This document shows, piece after piece, positions 18,618 through 28,300 of a stretch of 64,000 nt of DNA (within the stretch, counting starts at the first letter, position 1; every line of letters begins with the position of its first letter). A program made the position numbers and the translations under genes. The notes beneath the pieces were generated by a model. That model searched no databases. It saw nothing but the letters and a program-made list of their open reading frames with translations, and was not told where the DNA came from. The DNA is taken from NCBI GenBank assembly GCA_001772615.1, contig MEUZ01000003.1, positions 182,422 through 246,421 of the forward strand, given 5' to 3'. The stretch is from a candidate division WWE3 bacterium RIFCSPHIGHO2_01_FULL_40_23. Lineage in GTDB: Bacteria > Patescibacteriota > WWE3 > UBA101185 > 2-01-FULL-41-18.

Positions 18618-20147
18618 CTATGCCTTTGGCACAGTAAAACTAAAGGTACTTCCCTTATCAAGCTCGCTTGCAACGGAGATCTCGCCTCCATGTAATTTTA
18701 CTATTTCCTTTGAGATATACAATCCCAAACCGGTTCCTTTTGATCCCTGCTCCAAAACTCCCGAAACCCGGTAAAACTTTGTAAACAAATGGGGGAGTGA
18801 CTCTTTAGGAATCCCCTGACCAGTATCTTTTACATGAGTAATAATAAACCTGTCAGATGGTTCAAGGAATACATGGACCGAACCGCCCGAAGGCGTGTAC
18901 CTTATAGCGTTATCAAGAAGATTTGAAAGAACCTCCCCTATCATTATCGGATCAACATTTACTTTTGTTGAAGTGCTTATCGGAGTATATGTAAGCTTAA
19001 CTCTTCTTTCTTTGGCTAAGGACCCGAAACTTTGAATTATTTGCGATACAAGCGGACTCCACTCCACTATCTCCCTATTCAGCTGTACATTTCCTCTTTC
19101 TATTCGGGATACATTAAGAAGGTTTTCAACAAGACTAAAAAGCTGGTTGGAAGAAAGATAGCATCTCTCAAGGTAAACAAGCTCCTCTTCCGAAAGCATC
19201 TTTTTAGCTTCATTTGCTTCAAGTAGCAATGTTAAGTAACCGCGCAATGAGGTAAGGGGAGTCCTTAGCTCATGAGCCGCAATTGAAACAAAATCAAGCT
19301 TCATAACCTCAAGCTCCTTTTGAGTAGTTACATCATGTATGGTAACAATGCACCCGACGTTTGAAGGCCCACCTTCAGCTATTGCACTGCTAACAAGACT
19401 GACATGATATTCCTTGTTATGTTTTCCTTTCAGAGTAAGGTTTTCCGCTTTGTAAACCGTTTTATCTTCTATAACTTTTAATGAGGGGTAATAAATATCG
19501 GAGGTCAAAGCTTCTTTGTCAGCGTTTAAAAATTTCACATAGTCGTCTACATTATTTCCTAACACCTCGGACTCAAGAAAACCAGTCAAATCCTCCATTG
19601 ACTTGTTAAACGCAATAATCTTACTTTGTCGATCCAAAGCAAAAATGCCATCAAAAACATTGTAAAGTACAAGTTTTAGCTTATTTCTCTCTGTTTCTAG
19701 CTCAATTGATCCCTCGCTTATTCTCTTTGAAAGCTCTTCCTTAGCCTCTTCAAGCTCTTTTGTTCTTTCTTTAATCTTTCTCTCAAGCTCCCCCTTTTGT
19801 AAAAGCGTATATTTCTCCTCTTCTAAAACACCCTCCGGAAGAACTGCCAATAGATCAAGGTAACCTTTGGTCACACCAAAACGCGACATCACTCCCTTCA
19901 CGGACTTTTCAAGATCTCTTCCTGCGACCTTTGGACCAAAAACCTCTTTGCTCTTATTAAAAAGAGCAAGAAGATAAGCGTACTTACCTTCATCCGAAAG
20001 GCTTTTAACATCTTCAACCTTCTGGCTGTTAACGGATATGGTCTCTAAAATCTTACTGCCAAGTTTTAAAGAGCATACTTTAACGTAATCATCCAGAACC
20101 AGGTTAACTAGGGTAGGAATTGTATCAACCACAACTGAAGGCTTCAT
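18618..20147 (-). CDS. PAS-domain sensor histidine kinase
   Basis: HisKA H-box AAHELRTPLTSLRGYL, HATPase N/G boxes (LLDNAIRYT, KDTGQGIP, GTGLGLYI), upstream coiled-coil and PAS-like segment. Confidence 0.75.
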   Translation of the reverse strand: MKPSVVVDTIPTLVNLVLDDYVKVCSLKLGSKILETISVNSQKVEDVKSLSDEGKYAYLLALFNKSKEVFGPKVAGRDLEKSVKGVMSRFGVTKGYLDLLAVLPEGVLEEEKYTLLQKGELERKIKERTKELEEAKEELSKRISEGSIELETERNKLKLVLYNVFDGIFALDRQSKIIAFNKSMEDLTGFLESEVLGNNVDDYVKFLNADKEALTSDIYYPSLKVIEDKTVYKAENLTLKGKHNKEYHVSLVSSAIAEGGPSNVGCIVTIHDVTTQKELEVMKLDFVSIAAHELRTPLTSLRGYLTLLLEANEAKKMLSEEELVYLERCYLSSNQLFSLVENLLNVSRIERGNVQLNREIVEWSPLVSQIIQSFGSLAKERRVKLTYTPISTSTKVNVDPIMIGEVLSNLLDNAIRYTPSGGSVHVFLEPSDRFIITHVKDTGQGIPKESLPHLFTKFYRVSGVLEQGSKGTGLGLYISKEIVKLHGGEISVASELDKGSTFSFTVPKA

Positions 20148-20437
20148 TTTGACAACTCCAAAACATTTTTAGCCCCAAAGGCAAACATTACAAATCCAGC
20201 TATCGCAAAAAAATGAAAGATATCAAAAGATAAAGACTCAAAAAGTTTTAGTTTCAGAGTTAAAAGATTGTACAAAAAAGCCAAAACATATAAAAGGAGG
20301 CCAAATGAAATAAACCTGACGCCAAAAGCAATTTTTCCCCCAAGCCTCACAGATGAGAAAGCTAGCATTAAAAACGAGGTGAGGCCTACTGCAACCGCTA
20401 TGAATTCATATGAAAAAAGGGCAGGAATATAATCCAT
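20144..20437 (-). CDS. small hydrophobic membrane protein, co-directional and overlapping the kinase gene
   Basis: Three predicted TM segments; 4-nt overlap with histidine kinase stop. Confidence 0.3.
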   Translation of the reverse strand: MDYIPALFSYEFIAVAVGLTSFLMLAFSSVRLGGKIAFGVRFISFGLLLYVLAFLYNLLTLKLKLFESLSFDIFHFFAIAGFVMFAFGAKNVLELSK

Positions 20438-20438
20438 A

Positions 20439-21896
20439 TCAGATAAAACTCTTTATCCTTTCTAAAACCGTTCTCTTCCCAAGAGTGTGTAGAACATCAA
20501 ATAACGGAGGCGTAGCCTCTTTACCAAGGCATATAATTCTTAAAGTCATAAACGCTTCTTTAGGCTTTAACCCTAAATCTAAGATTAACTCATGAGAAAG
20601 CTTGTCTAGATTATCCTTACCCCATTTCCCACTGTCAATATCTGTATAAAGCTTATAAAATTCTGAAAGAAGCTTATCTCTAACCGAGGGATCTTTTATA
20701 TATCTTTCAGAAAGTTCCCGGTTGACGATTGGGGGAGCAAAGAAATAAGAAGTTAAATCGGTAAAGTCGTTTAACTTTCTCATTCTGTCTTTAACAAGCT
20801 CAAGACATTTTTTTACATACTCCTTGCTATACCCCTCTACGTCAAGATTAACATTAAACTTTTTGGACCAATCCAAAAGAGCATCATATAAAGCTTCCAA
20901 ACTCATACTTCTGATATAGTATCCATTCATCCATAAAAGCTTTTCTCTATCAAAAGCTACAAGATCTGTTTTATGAATTCTCTCCAAAGAAAACTCTTTA
21001 ATAAACTCTTGAAGGGAAAATACCTCCCTTTCATCACCCGGATTCCACCCAAGAAGCATCACAAAGTTTACTAAAGCAGGTACTAGATACCCCTCCTCTA
21101 GGAAGGAGTGAGCAAAAACGGCGCCAAACCTCTTTGAAAGCTTTTGACTACCACCTACTTCCTTTAAATTGGGAAGATGGGCGTATTTTGGAGGCTCCCA
21201 GTTTAAAGCCTCATATATCAGAAGGTGCTTAGGTGTTGAAGGAAGCCAGTCAACACCCCTTAAAACGTGGGTTATACCCATTAAGTAGTCATCAACCACA
21301 ACCGCAAGGTGGTACACGGGGAAACCATCTGATTTAAGTAAGACTCCATCCTCAATATCCTTAGTTTGAAACTTTACCTCCCCTAAAATCTCATCCTTAA
21401 GCTTAATTTCCCTATCCTCCGGCACTTTCTGCCTTATTACATAGGGTAAGTTATTTTTAAGATTTTCGGCTATTTTTTCATCCGTAAGACTTAAACAATG
21501 CTTGTCATATTTTGTTACGGGGTATCCTTTTCGTTCCTGCTCCGCCTTCAGCTCCGAAAGCCTTTCTTTAGTGCAAAAACAGTAGTATGCATGCCCAAGT
21601 TTAACTAACTTTTCCGCGTACTCTTTATAAATTGGGAGCCTTTCGGATTGAAGATACGGCCCAAACTTTCCACCCACTCTTGGACCCTCATCCCAATCAA
21701 AACCAAAGTCAGAAATAACATCAAGTATTCTATCAATCGCTCCATCTATAAACCTTTCCCTATCGGTGTCCTCTATTCTTATAATAAATTCACCTTTATT
21801 TTTTCGGGCAAAGGCGTAGTTATAAAGAAGGGTTCTTATATGGCCTATATGATAATCACCCGTCGGACTTGGGGCCATCCTGGTTCTAACCTTCAT
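20439..21896 (-). CDS. gltX: glutamyl-tRNA synthetase
   Basis: N-terminal RMAPSPTGDYHIGHIRT (HIGH motif) and KLSKR (KMSKS motif). Confidence 0.85.
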   Translation of the reverse strand: MKVRTRMAPSPTGDYHIGHIRTLLYNYAFARKNKGEFIIRIEDTDRERFIDGAIDRILDVISDFGFDWDEGPRVGGKFGPYLQSERLPIYKEYAEKLVKLGHAYYCFCTKERLSELKAEQERKGYPVTKYDKHCLSLTDEKIAENLKNNLPYVIRQKVPEDREIKLKDEILGEVKFQTKDIEDGVLLKSDGFPVYHLAVVVDDYLMGITHVLRGVDWLPSTPKHLLIYEALNWEPPKYAHLPNLKEVGGSQKLSKRFGAVFAHSFLEEGYLVPALVNFVMLLGWNPGDEREVFSLQEFIKEFSLERIHKTDLVAFDREKLLWMNGYYIRSMSLEALYDALLDWSKKFNVNLDVEGYSKEYVKKCLELVKDRMRKLNDFTDLTSYFFAPPIVNRELSERYIKDPSVRDKLLSEFYKLYTDIDSGKWGKDNLDKLSHELILDLGLKPKEAFMTLRIICLGKEATPPLFDVLHTLGKRTVLERIKSFI

Positions 21897-21994
21897 AAAA
21901 AGATTTTAGCATGAAAGGCCTTCGTAGACACAAAAAAAGCGTGATGTTAATATAACTAGAGGCATCAATAAGGTGTTGATACCGTGTAATTTTA

Positions 21995-23128
21995 ATGAAC
22001 TTAACGCAAGTCTCCTCTATAGCAAGAAAAACGATAGCAACAGTTACCATCACTGTAATTTTATATTCTATCGGCTACTTTTCAGCGCCTTACGTAACGG
22101 AATTTTACTACTCAATAAGACCAAGGAAGGAAAAACCGGTAATCATATATGGCAAGCTGCCCCCCATTAAATTCAACTCACTTCCGACAAACTCAAGTGA
22201 GCCTGAATACATACTTAATACAAAGGATCTTAAACTTCCAAGAATTACACCCGAACTTGTTAGCGTGTACAAAGTAAAAAAACCCGTTCCTTCATTTTCT
22301 TCGGGCAAAAACGCTCAAATTAAGGCAACTGCGCTTTCACTTCCCGAGGATCAAAGAGTGAGCGAGCTTAAAGGAAATCTTTACAAATGGTTAGACCCCC
22401 CTTATTCACGTGAATTAAATATAAATATCTCAACTAACACGCTTGATTACCTCTTAAAAGTGGCAAATAACAGAAGCCTATACTTTCCAAGCCCTTCTCT
22501 TAGCACTACGGCTGAAGCCGATGCAAAAGGGATCTTAAGCACTCTTGGGTTTTTAAGAGATCAGCTTTATCAAAATAACCTTAAAAGTAAGATCACATAT
22601 GGAAAGGTGGTTAACGGGAGGATCCTTGAAACTCAAACCCCTATTGACTACATGGCGGCTAAAGTTGATTTCTCAAGAACGATTTACAAAGTCCCCATTT
22701 ATGGTCCAAGTTATGATGATGGTCTCCTTCAAGTAGTTGTCGGAAGCCTGCCCGCAACCGAAGATAAAAATAAAGCCTATCTGAAATACATCAAAATCAA
22801 GGCGCATGAGTGGTCAATAGAAACTGATACCTTCGGGAGATACCCCCCTATTAGTCTAAATGAAGCCTGGAAAAGGGTATCTTCAAACCAAGGTGCCTTT
22901 GCAAAAGTCAAACTGAAAAATTCAAGCTCTTTTGAGACTTACAGAACCGTCACTTTATCTAAAGTTTTTATACAGGACATAACAATCGGGTATTATGACT
23001 CAGAAGAAGTTCAGGATTATATGCAGCCCGTATATATATTTCAAGGAAACTTTTTAACCTCGGGGAATGAGTCAGGAGATGTTGTTATTTATTATCCTGC
23101 TGTAAGCGAGAGCTACATAGCAAGGTAG
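21995..23128 (+). CDS. hypothetical membrane-anchored extracytoplasmic protein
   Basis: N-terminal TM (IATVTITVILYSIGYF); no recognisable catalytic motif. Confidence 0.35.
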   Translation: MNLTQVSSIARKTIATVTITVILYSIGYFSAPYVTEFYYSIRPRKEKPVIIYGKLPPIKFNSLPTNSSEPEYILNTKDLKLPRITPELVSVYKVKKPVPSFSSGKNAQIKATALSLPEDQRVSELKGNLYKWLDPPYSRELNINISTNTLDYLLKVANNRSLYFPSPSLSTTAEADAKGILSTLGFLRDQLYQNNLKSKITYGKVVNGRILETQTPIDYMAAKVDFSRTIYKVPIYGPSYDDGLLQVVVGSLPATEDKNKAYLKYIKIKAHEWSIETDTFGRYPPISLNEAWKRVSSNQGAFAKVKLKNSSSFETYRTVTLSKVFIQDITIGYYDSEEVQDYMQPVYIFQGNFLTSGNESGDVVIYYPAVSESYIAR

Positions 23129-24127
23129 CTAAAAGTTAGCATAGTTGTCAGAAACGTATTTCAGAAGCCTTTTCGTATCCTCAAACCTATCATCACTTCC
23201 CATAACAACTATAATTATCTCGTCATCATGTTTTTGGTAAGCGTAAACCAAAACTTCTTTTGCTCTATCAGTTTTTCCCGTTTTTACACCTAAAGATCCG
23301 GGAATTTCAAAAAGAAGGCTGTTAGTTGATACGACATCATGAGAAATAGCACCATCTGATGACGTTAATGTAATATATTTAGTCCCAACAATTTTTCTAA
23401 ATACCCCGTTTTTAATGGCTTCCTCGGTCATCAGATAAAGGTCTCTTGCAGTTGATACATGGGAACTTTCATCAACGTCTAACCCTATGGGATTTGTAAA
23501 GTTTGTGTTAGTGAGTCCAATCTTTTGAGCCAAAATGTTCATTTTCCCGATAAATCCGCTTGAAGAAAATTTATGGGTTGAAAGTGTGCACGCAGCATCA
23601 CCAGCCGATGCCACAAGCATCCCATAAAGAAGAGATTCCACATTAATTTTTTCATCAGGTATTAGACCCATTTTTGCTCCCACAACTTCAGTACATACCT
23701 TGGGAACCAGAACTTCTTCCGAAAGATCATACTCATTAATAGTAAGAAGAGCGGTTAAAATCTTAGTCGTGGAGGCAGGGGGAAGCTTTAAATCAGGATT
23801 TTTCTCATATAAAAACTTTTTCATTTTTGTACTTGCTACAATTGCGGACTTGGAAGTAATATCCGGTTTGTCCAAGATCGGTTCCTTGACCTCCAATTTA
23901 TATGGATACGTACTTACTGATGCGGCACCAAGCACCGACTTCTTATCTGCATCCGATTTTTCCCTTTGAATCAAAAAGAATAGAAGAAAAATCACAAAAA
24001 CAGAGAAAGCAAATCTTGTGAAGTCAAAAATGGTTTTCCTGCTTATAAGAAATGTCTTAACTTTAAGATATTTCCCTTTTGTCCCTTTTAATTTAGAATC
24101 TTTTCTTTTATTTTTGTTTTTTTTCAT
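23129..24127 (-). CDS. D-alanyl-D-alanine carboxypeptidase (S11 peptidase, PBP5/DacA-like)
   Basis: N-terminal TM, active-site SxxK as ASTTK, conserved LYGMLVASAGDAA region. Confidence 0.65.
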   Translation of the reverse strand: MKKNKNKRKDSKLKGTKGKYLKVKTFLISRKTIFDFTRFAFSVFVIFLLFFLIQREKSDADKKSVLGAASVSTYPYKLEVKEPILDKPDITSKSAIVASTKMKKFLYEKNPDLKLPPASTTKILTALLTINEYDLSEEVLVPKVCTEVVGAKMGLIPDEKINVESLLYGMLVASAGDAACTLSTHKFSSSGFIGKMNILAQKIGLTNTNFTNPIGLDVDESSHVSTARDLYLMTEEAIKNGVFRKIVGTKYITLTSSDGAISHDVVSTNSLLFEIPGSLGVKTGKTDRAKEVLVYAYQKHDDEIIIVVMGSDDRFEDTKRLLKYVSDNYANF

Positions 24128-24130
24128 ATC

Positions 24131-24595
24131 TTATACTGCGTAGTTTCCAAAGACAGGTTTTTCAATATCCAAAAGATCGGCCGCCTTCATCTTTATTGAT
24201 TTAGTATGAGATCCCGCGTTAAAGGCGATCATATCTTTTTCCTTAAAGATTTCGTCAAAATAAGATGCTAAGTTAAGAGCCGACCCCAATGGTGGAATCG
24301 CACCAACTTCAAGAGATGTGATTTCCTTTACCTCTTCCTTTGACGCCATTCTAAAATCCTTTATTCCAAAAGATTTCTTAAATATACTTGTATCAACTTT
24401 TTTATCTCCGGGCAACACCACAAGAATAGGTTTTTTATCGGCCATAAAAACCAAAGCTTTAGCACCCATTGATAAATTAGTGTCCCTTATTGATGATGCA
24501 TCAAGACTTGTGTAAACAGGTTTGTGCTCCAAAAGCTCATAAGAAACTCCCGACGATTTAAGAAGTGAAATTATCTTATCAAAAACCCCCATCAT
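24131..24595 (-). CDS. YbaK/ProX-type aminoacyl-tRNA trans-editing deacylase
   Basis: About 150 aa; KALVFMADKKPILVVLPGDKKVD pattern typical of YbaK/ProX deacylases. Confidence 0.6.
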   Translation of the reverse strand: MMGVFDKIISLLKSSGVSYELLEHKPVYTSLDASSIRDTNLSMGAKALVFMADKKPILVVLPGDKKVDTSIFKKSFGIKDFRMASKEEVKEITSLEVGAIPPLGSALNLASYFDEIFKEKDMIAFNAGSHTKSIKMKAADLLDIEKPVFGNYAV

Positions 24596-24690
24596 TTCCT
24601 GAACGAAACTGTTTCCAGATTGTCATTCCCGCGAAAGCGGGAATCTATTAATAGATCCTGAATTTAATTCAGGATGACTACGAATGGACT

Positions 24691-26088
24691 CTATGAACTA
24701 ATACTAAGCCCAAGCTCCGAAAGAAGCTTTGGATCTACATCAGAAGGCGCATCCATTACAGATGTTTTCCCGTTTCCCGTCATCGGAAAAGCAATTGTCT
24801 CTTTTAAAGATTCCTCATTTGAGGCAAGCATTACAAGCCTGTCAAGACCCAGAGCAATGCCTCCATGAGGTGGGGTACCAAGTTTAAACGCCTCAAACAT
24901 ATGCCCCACACTCCCTAAAATTTCCCCTTCCGAGTAACCCATTATTTTATACGTTGATCTTAAAACATCTTCCGTATAAGCCCTTAAGCTTCCTCCCCCA
25001 ACCTCATAACCGTTGCAAACAAGGTCATATTGCGTGGTAAGAATCTCCTCAATATGCTCACCTTTAAGATGCCATGGCAAATGCTCATCTATGGGTCTAC
25101 TGAAAGGGTTATGAGTAAAGGTATATCCGCTTTTGCTATCCTCCACTTCGGCTGCATCCTTGACATCAACTTTTTTAAAAAACGGGAACCTGTTCACCCA
25201 AACAAACGCAAGCACTCCGTCTTCTTTTTCCTTGTCAGTCCTTAGGTCAAATTTTTCACTTCCATATTTCTCAAGCGCCTCTTTATATGAGAAAACCTGA
25301 AACTTTTTGCTTTTTATTTTAGCTGAAAGAGACTCCACCGCACTTACAACCGCTTCTTCCACTACATGCATAACATCTTCCTCACTTACAAAGCTCATCT
25401 CAAGATCAAGCTGTGTAAATTCATATCCTCTATCGGATCTTGTGTCCTCGTCCCTTACGCATTTTGCTATCTGAAAGTATCTCTCAAAACCGGCTGTCAT
25501 TAACAGTTGTTTATACTGCTGCGGGCTTTGTGGAAGGGCATAAAATTTCCCTGGAAAATGCCTTGAAGGCACTATAAAATCCCTTGCCCCTTCCCTTGTT
25601 GATTTAGTGAGTATTGGAGTCTCCACCTCAACAAAATCCTTTTTAAACAAAGACTTTCGTATCCCTTCAATAAACTTGGACCTTAACCTTATAATTTTTT
25701 GCATTCTTTCTCTTCTTAAATCAAGATATCTGTATTTGAACCTTAACTCTTCTTTAATCTCATAACCTGTACTGTCAACCGGTATTGGAAGTTCCCCACA
25801 TTTATTTAAAAGCTTATAGCTACCAACCTCAACTTCAATCGTTCCAGTATCAATATTTGGATTTATAAGGTTTTGAGGTCTTTTCCTTACAATACCCATG
25901 ACTTCAACAACGGACTCGGTTGTAAGCTCTGACATCTTATCCTGCCCCACACACTGGATCTTGCCCGTAAAATCTCTTAAATCTACAAACGTTATCTTCC
26001 CATGATCTCTTTTCGTATCAACCCATCCATAAAGCTTAACCTCTTCACCAATTTTTAATAAAGTTTCATTTACCAAAGTTCTTTTCAT
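24691..26088 (-). CDS. aspS: aspartyl-tRNA synthetase, short archaeal/eukaryotic-type (likely non-discriminating)
   Basis: Class II motifs. Motif 2 reads FERYFQIAKCVRDEDTRSDRGYEFTQLDLEMSF, matching the AspRS FRDExxRxDRxPEFTQxDxEMSF pattern. N-terminal OB anticodon-binding fold. Only 465 aa, with no bacterial GAD insertion. Confidence 0.8.
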   Translation of the reverse strand: MKRTLVNETLLKIGEEVKLYGWVDTKRDHGKITFVDLRDFTGKIQCVGQDKMSELTTESVVEVMGIVRKRPQNLINPNIDTGTIEVEVGSYKLLNKCGELPIPVDSTGYEIKEELRFKYRYLDLRRERMQKIIRLRSKFIEGIRKSLFKKDFVEVETPILTKSTREGARDFIVPSRHFPGKFYALPQSPQQYKQLLMTAGFERYFQIAKCVRDEDTRSDRGYEFTQLDLEMSFVSEEDVMHVVEEAVVSAVESLSAKIKSKKFQVFSYKEALEKYGSEKFDLRTDKEKEDGVLAFVWVNRFPFFKKVDVKDAAEVEDSKSGYTFTHNPFSRPIDEHLPWHLKGEHIEEILTTQYDLVCNGYEVGGGSLRAYTEDVLRSTYKIMGYSEGEILGSVGHMFEAFKLGTPPHGGIALGLDRLVMLASNEESLKETIAFPMTGNGKTSVMDAPSDVDPKLLSELGLSISS

Positions 26089-26089
26089 A

Positions 26090-26335
26090 TCATTTATAAT
26101 AACCTTTTACCTCATAAAAACAAAAAATCCCGGATTTCTCCGAGAGGTTTTTCCGCGCTTTGGCGGATGAAAGGTGCCAACCAACCTTATACTTAATTTA
26201 CAGCTGTAACGGGCATTCCCGGCCTGTTCTAATTTCCGAATATCGGATTTCTTCAGACAGCTAAGAGGTGTCACATCCTCCTTAACGCTTTTTTAAATTA
26301 ACCAACTTATATACCCTTTTAAAAAATGTGTCAAG
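26090..26335 (-). promoter_or_regulatory. aspS promoter plus roughly 200-nt structured leader ending in an intrinsic terminator (attenuator); candidate T-box-like riboswitch
   Basis: On the minus strand: TTGACA, a 15-17 nt spacer, then TATATA near 26300-26333. Nested palindromes follow. A CCGTTA F-box-like motif is present. A ...AGGUUGGUUGGCACC... element resembles the T-box UGGNACC bulge, with N=C matching a G73 discriminator. The hairpin TCTCGG-AGAAAT-CCGGGA is followed by TTTTTTGTTTTT just upstream of the aspS start. Confidence 0.35.
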
Positions 26336-26388
26336 AACAACAAAATCCTCTAATTGACATTAATACATTCTGGTGCTAAAAATACTTT

Positions 26389-26634
26389 ATGCTTTCTAAA
26401 GAAGACATTAATCAAATAAAACTGATGATTGAAGAAATAGTTCCGCCTATGCTTAGGTTATCAGAGCAACGAACTATAAATCAGCTAAGAGCCGAGATAC
26501 GTTTACTAAACTCCGAGCTTTATAAAAAACTTCACAGCGAGTTTTCCATTGAAATAGGTAGAATCTGGGAAGAATTAAAAGATCTACGGATGCTACTGGA
26601 AACCCACATAGAACTTCACAACGGCACTAGTTGA
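26389..26634 (+). CDS. hypothetical small coiled-coil protein (81 aa)
   Basis: Intact ORF; no motif. Confidence 0.3.
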   Translation: MLSKEDINQIKLMIEEIVPPMLRLSEQRTINQLRAEIRLLNSELYKKLHSEFSIEIGRIWEELKDLRMLLETHIELHNGTS

Positions 26635-26644
26635 ACACGTAGAT

Positions 26645-27964
26645 TTATTTCCCGAAGAAGAACCTGCTGAACTTTAAACCTTTTTGAAGTAAACCTAAAT
26701 CAAAGTTTTCATTTACACCGTGCATATTACAATCATCATTGCCTAGAGAAATAAGTAAAGTGTCAACGCCTAAAACTTCCTTAAAGTCCGAAACTACAGG
26801 AATGGCTCCTCCAACCGGCTTTATCAACACCTCATCATTAAAGGCTTTCTTAAGAAGCTTTCTCGCCTCCGCAAATTTCTTGGAAGAAATATCAATCTTA
26901 ACCGGTTTGTGCATTCCCGCAAAATATAGCTCGTACTTAACAAACTTAGGAGTCTCCTTCTTCACAAACCTTTCAAAAGCTTTATAGATATCTAAGGGTT
27001 TTTGAGATGTAACAACCCTGAAGTTGATTTTTGCTTCGGCGATGGCTGGAACAATATTAGAATACCCATCCCCTATGTATCCGCTTTTTAATCCAGTGAC
27101 CTGAACTGTCGGCCTTAGACCCGTTTGAGTATAAAAATCAATACCCTTTTCGGTAAGAAGAGTTTTAACTCCGGCTAAGCTCTTTATTTCATCATCACCA
27201 TTTAAGAGCTTCTTATTTCCCTTTAACTGTTCCAAAGTCACCTTATCGGCTTTTTTATAAAAGCCAGGTATCATAACCTTATTCTTTCCGTTATAAAGCT
27301 TTGACAAGAATTTAGTTAATTCATATGGGGCACTTGGGACAGCCCCACCAAAGATCCCTGAATGAAGATTATTTTTCGCAGTAGTGTATTTTAATGTCGT
27401 GTTAAAACCCCCTCTTAAAGAGTATTCAATTGAGGGCTTATATGGTATCTCTCCATCTGAAATCAAAACGTAGTCGGCTTTTAACTTGGATTTATTTTTC
27501 TTTATAATATCGGCAAGTTCATCGTTGGACGTTTCCTCATTTCCTTCAATAAGAAATTTAACATCATATTTAATCTCTTGAGTCTTAATCAATTCAAAAA
27601 CCGTAAAAATATGGATTAAAACCTGACCTTTATTATCAACGACACCCCTTGCGTAAAGCTTCCCTTTTTTCTCATTCAGCCAAAAAGGTTCTTTTTCCCA
27701 CCCATCCGATTTATTTGCAGGCTGCACATCGTAGTGGCCATATACAAGGACTGTTTCCTTCGCACTTTCAGTTTCATATGAGGCAAAAACAACAGGATTA
27801 CATCTTGTTCCCTTTATAACCTCAACACTAAAACCTCTTTCCGAAAAAAGTTTTTCCAGCCATTTTACTGTTTTTTGGATCTCGGAAATGTAAGCCTTAT
27901 CTGTGGATACGCTTTTAAAACTTACGAATTCAGATAATAGACTCTTATAACCTTTTATATCCAT
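26645..27964 (-). CDS. M20 family metallopeptidase (dipeptidase / ArgE/DapE/CPG2-like)
   Basis: LVYGHYDVQP...GVVDNKGQV (metal-binding His/Asp and the DNKG motif), about 440 aa. Confidence 0.7.
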   Translation of the reverse strand: MDIKGYKSLLSEFVSFKSVSTDKAYISEIQKTVKWLEKLFSERGFSVEVIKGTRCNPVVFASYETESAKETVLVYGHYDVQPANKSDGWEKEPFWLNEKKGKLYARGVVDNKGQVLIHIFTVFELIKTQEIKYDVKFLIEGNEETSNDELADIIKKNKSKLKADYVLISDGEIPYKPSIEYSLRGGFNTTLKYTTAKNNLHSGIFGGAVPSAPYELTKFLSKLYNGKNKVMIPGFYKKADKVTLEQLKGNKKLLNGDDEIKSLAGVKTLLTEKGIDFYTQTGLRPTVQVTGLKSGYIGDGYSNIVPAIAEAKINFRVVTSQKPLDIYKAFERFVKKETPKFVKYELYFAGMHKPVKIDISSKKFAEARKLLKKAFNDEVLIKPVGGAIPVVSDFKEVLGVDTLLISLGNDDCNMHGVNENFDLGLLQKGLKFSRFFFGK

Positions 27965-28271
27965 ATCATTATTAACTATTTTATATCAACGGGCAGAATA
28001 TTAATTATTCATAATACGAGGCGGAAAGGAACTCTTCCGATTTCATACTTCCTTTCTCTTGTTAGCTATGAACACCTCCCGATTGAGATATCCGGATTGA
28101 AGGGCTACCAATCACCATCAGGCAAATGGATCCCTTCAATCCCCGCTATGTCTATTTCCCCACCTGCAATAAACAGTATGGAGAAATATTAATTTCAGGC
28201 TTCCCGGAATAGCAAAAACTATTTACCTTAAGCCATGGTGCCTCGGCCATTTGGACCGAAAACTTTGCAGC

Positions 28272-28300
28272 CAACAAAAAAACCGCCTTGAAAGCGGTTT
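28272..28300 (-). terminator. rho-independent terminator on minus strand
   Basis: Perfect 7-bp stem AAACCGC/GCGGTTT with a 7-nt loop, followed on the minus strand by a U-run (reverse complement of ccaacaaaaaaa). Confidence 0.5.

Noticed and set aside
26090-26290. Assigning the T-box specifier codon (GAC versus AAC) in the aspS leader
   Set aside because: The internal-loop register is ambiguous (AAUUAGAACAGG). No clean codon-plus-purine specifier could be fixed without a covariance-model alignment.
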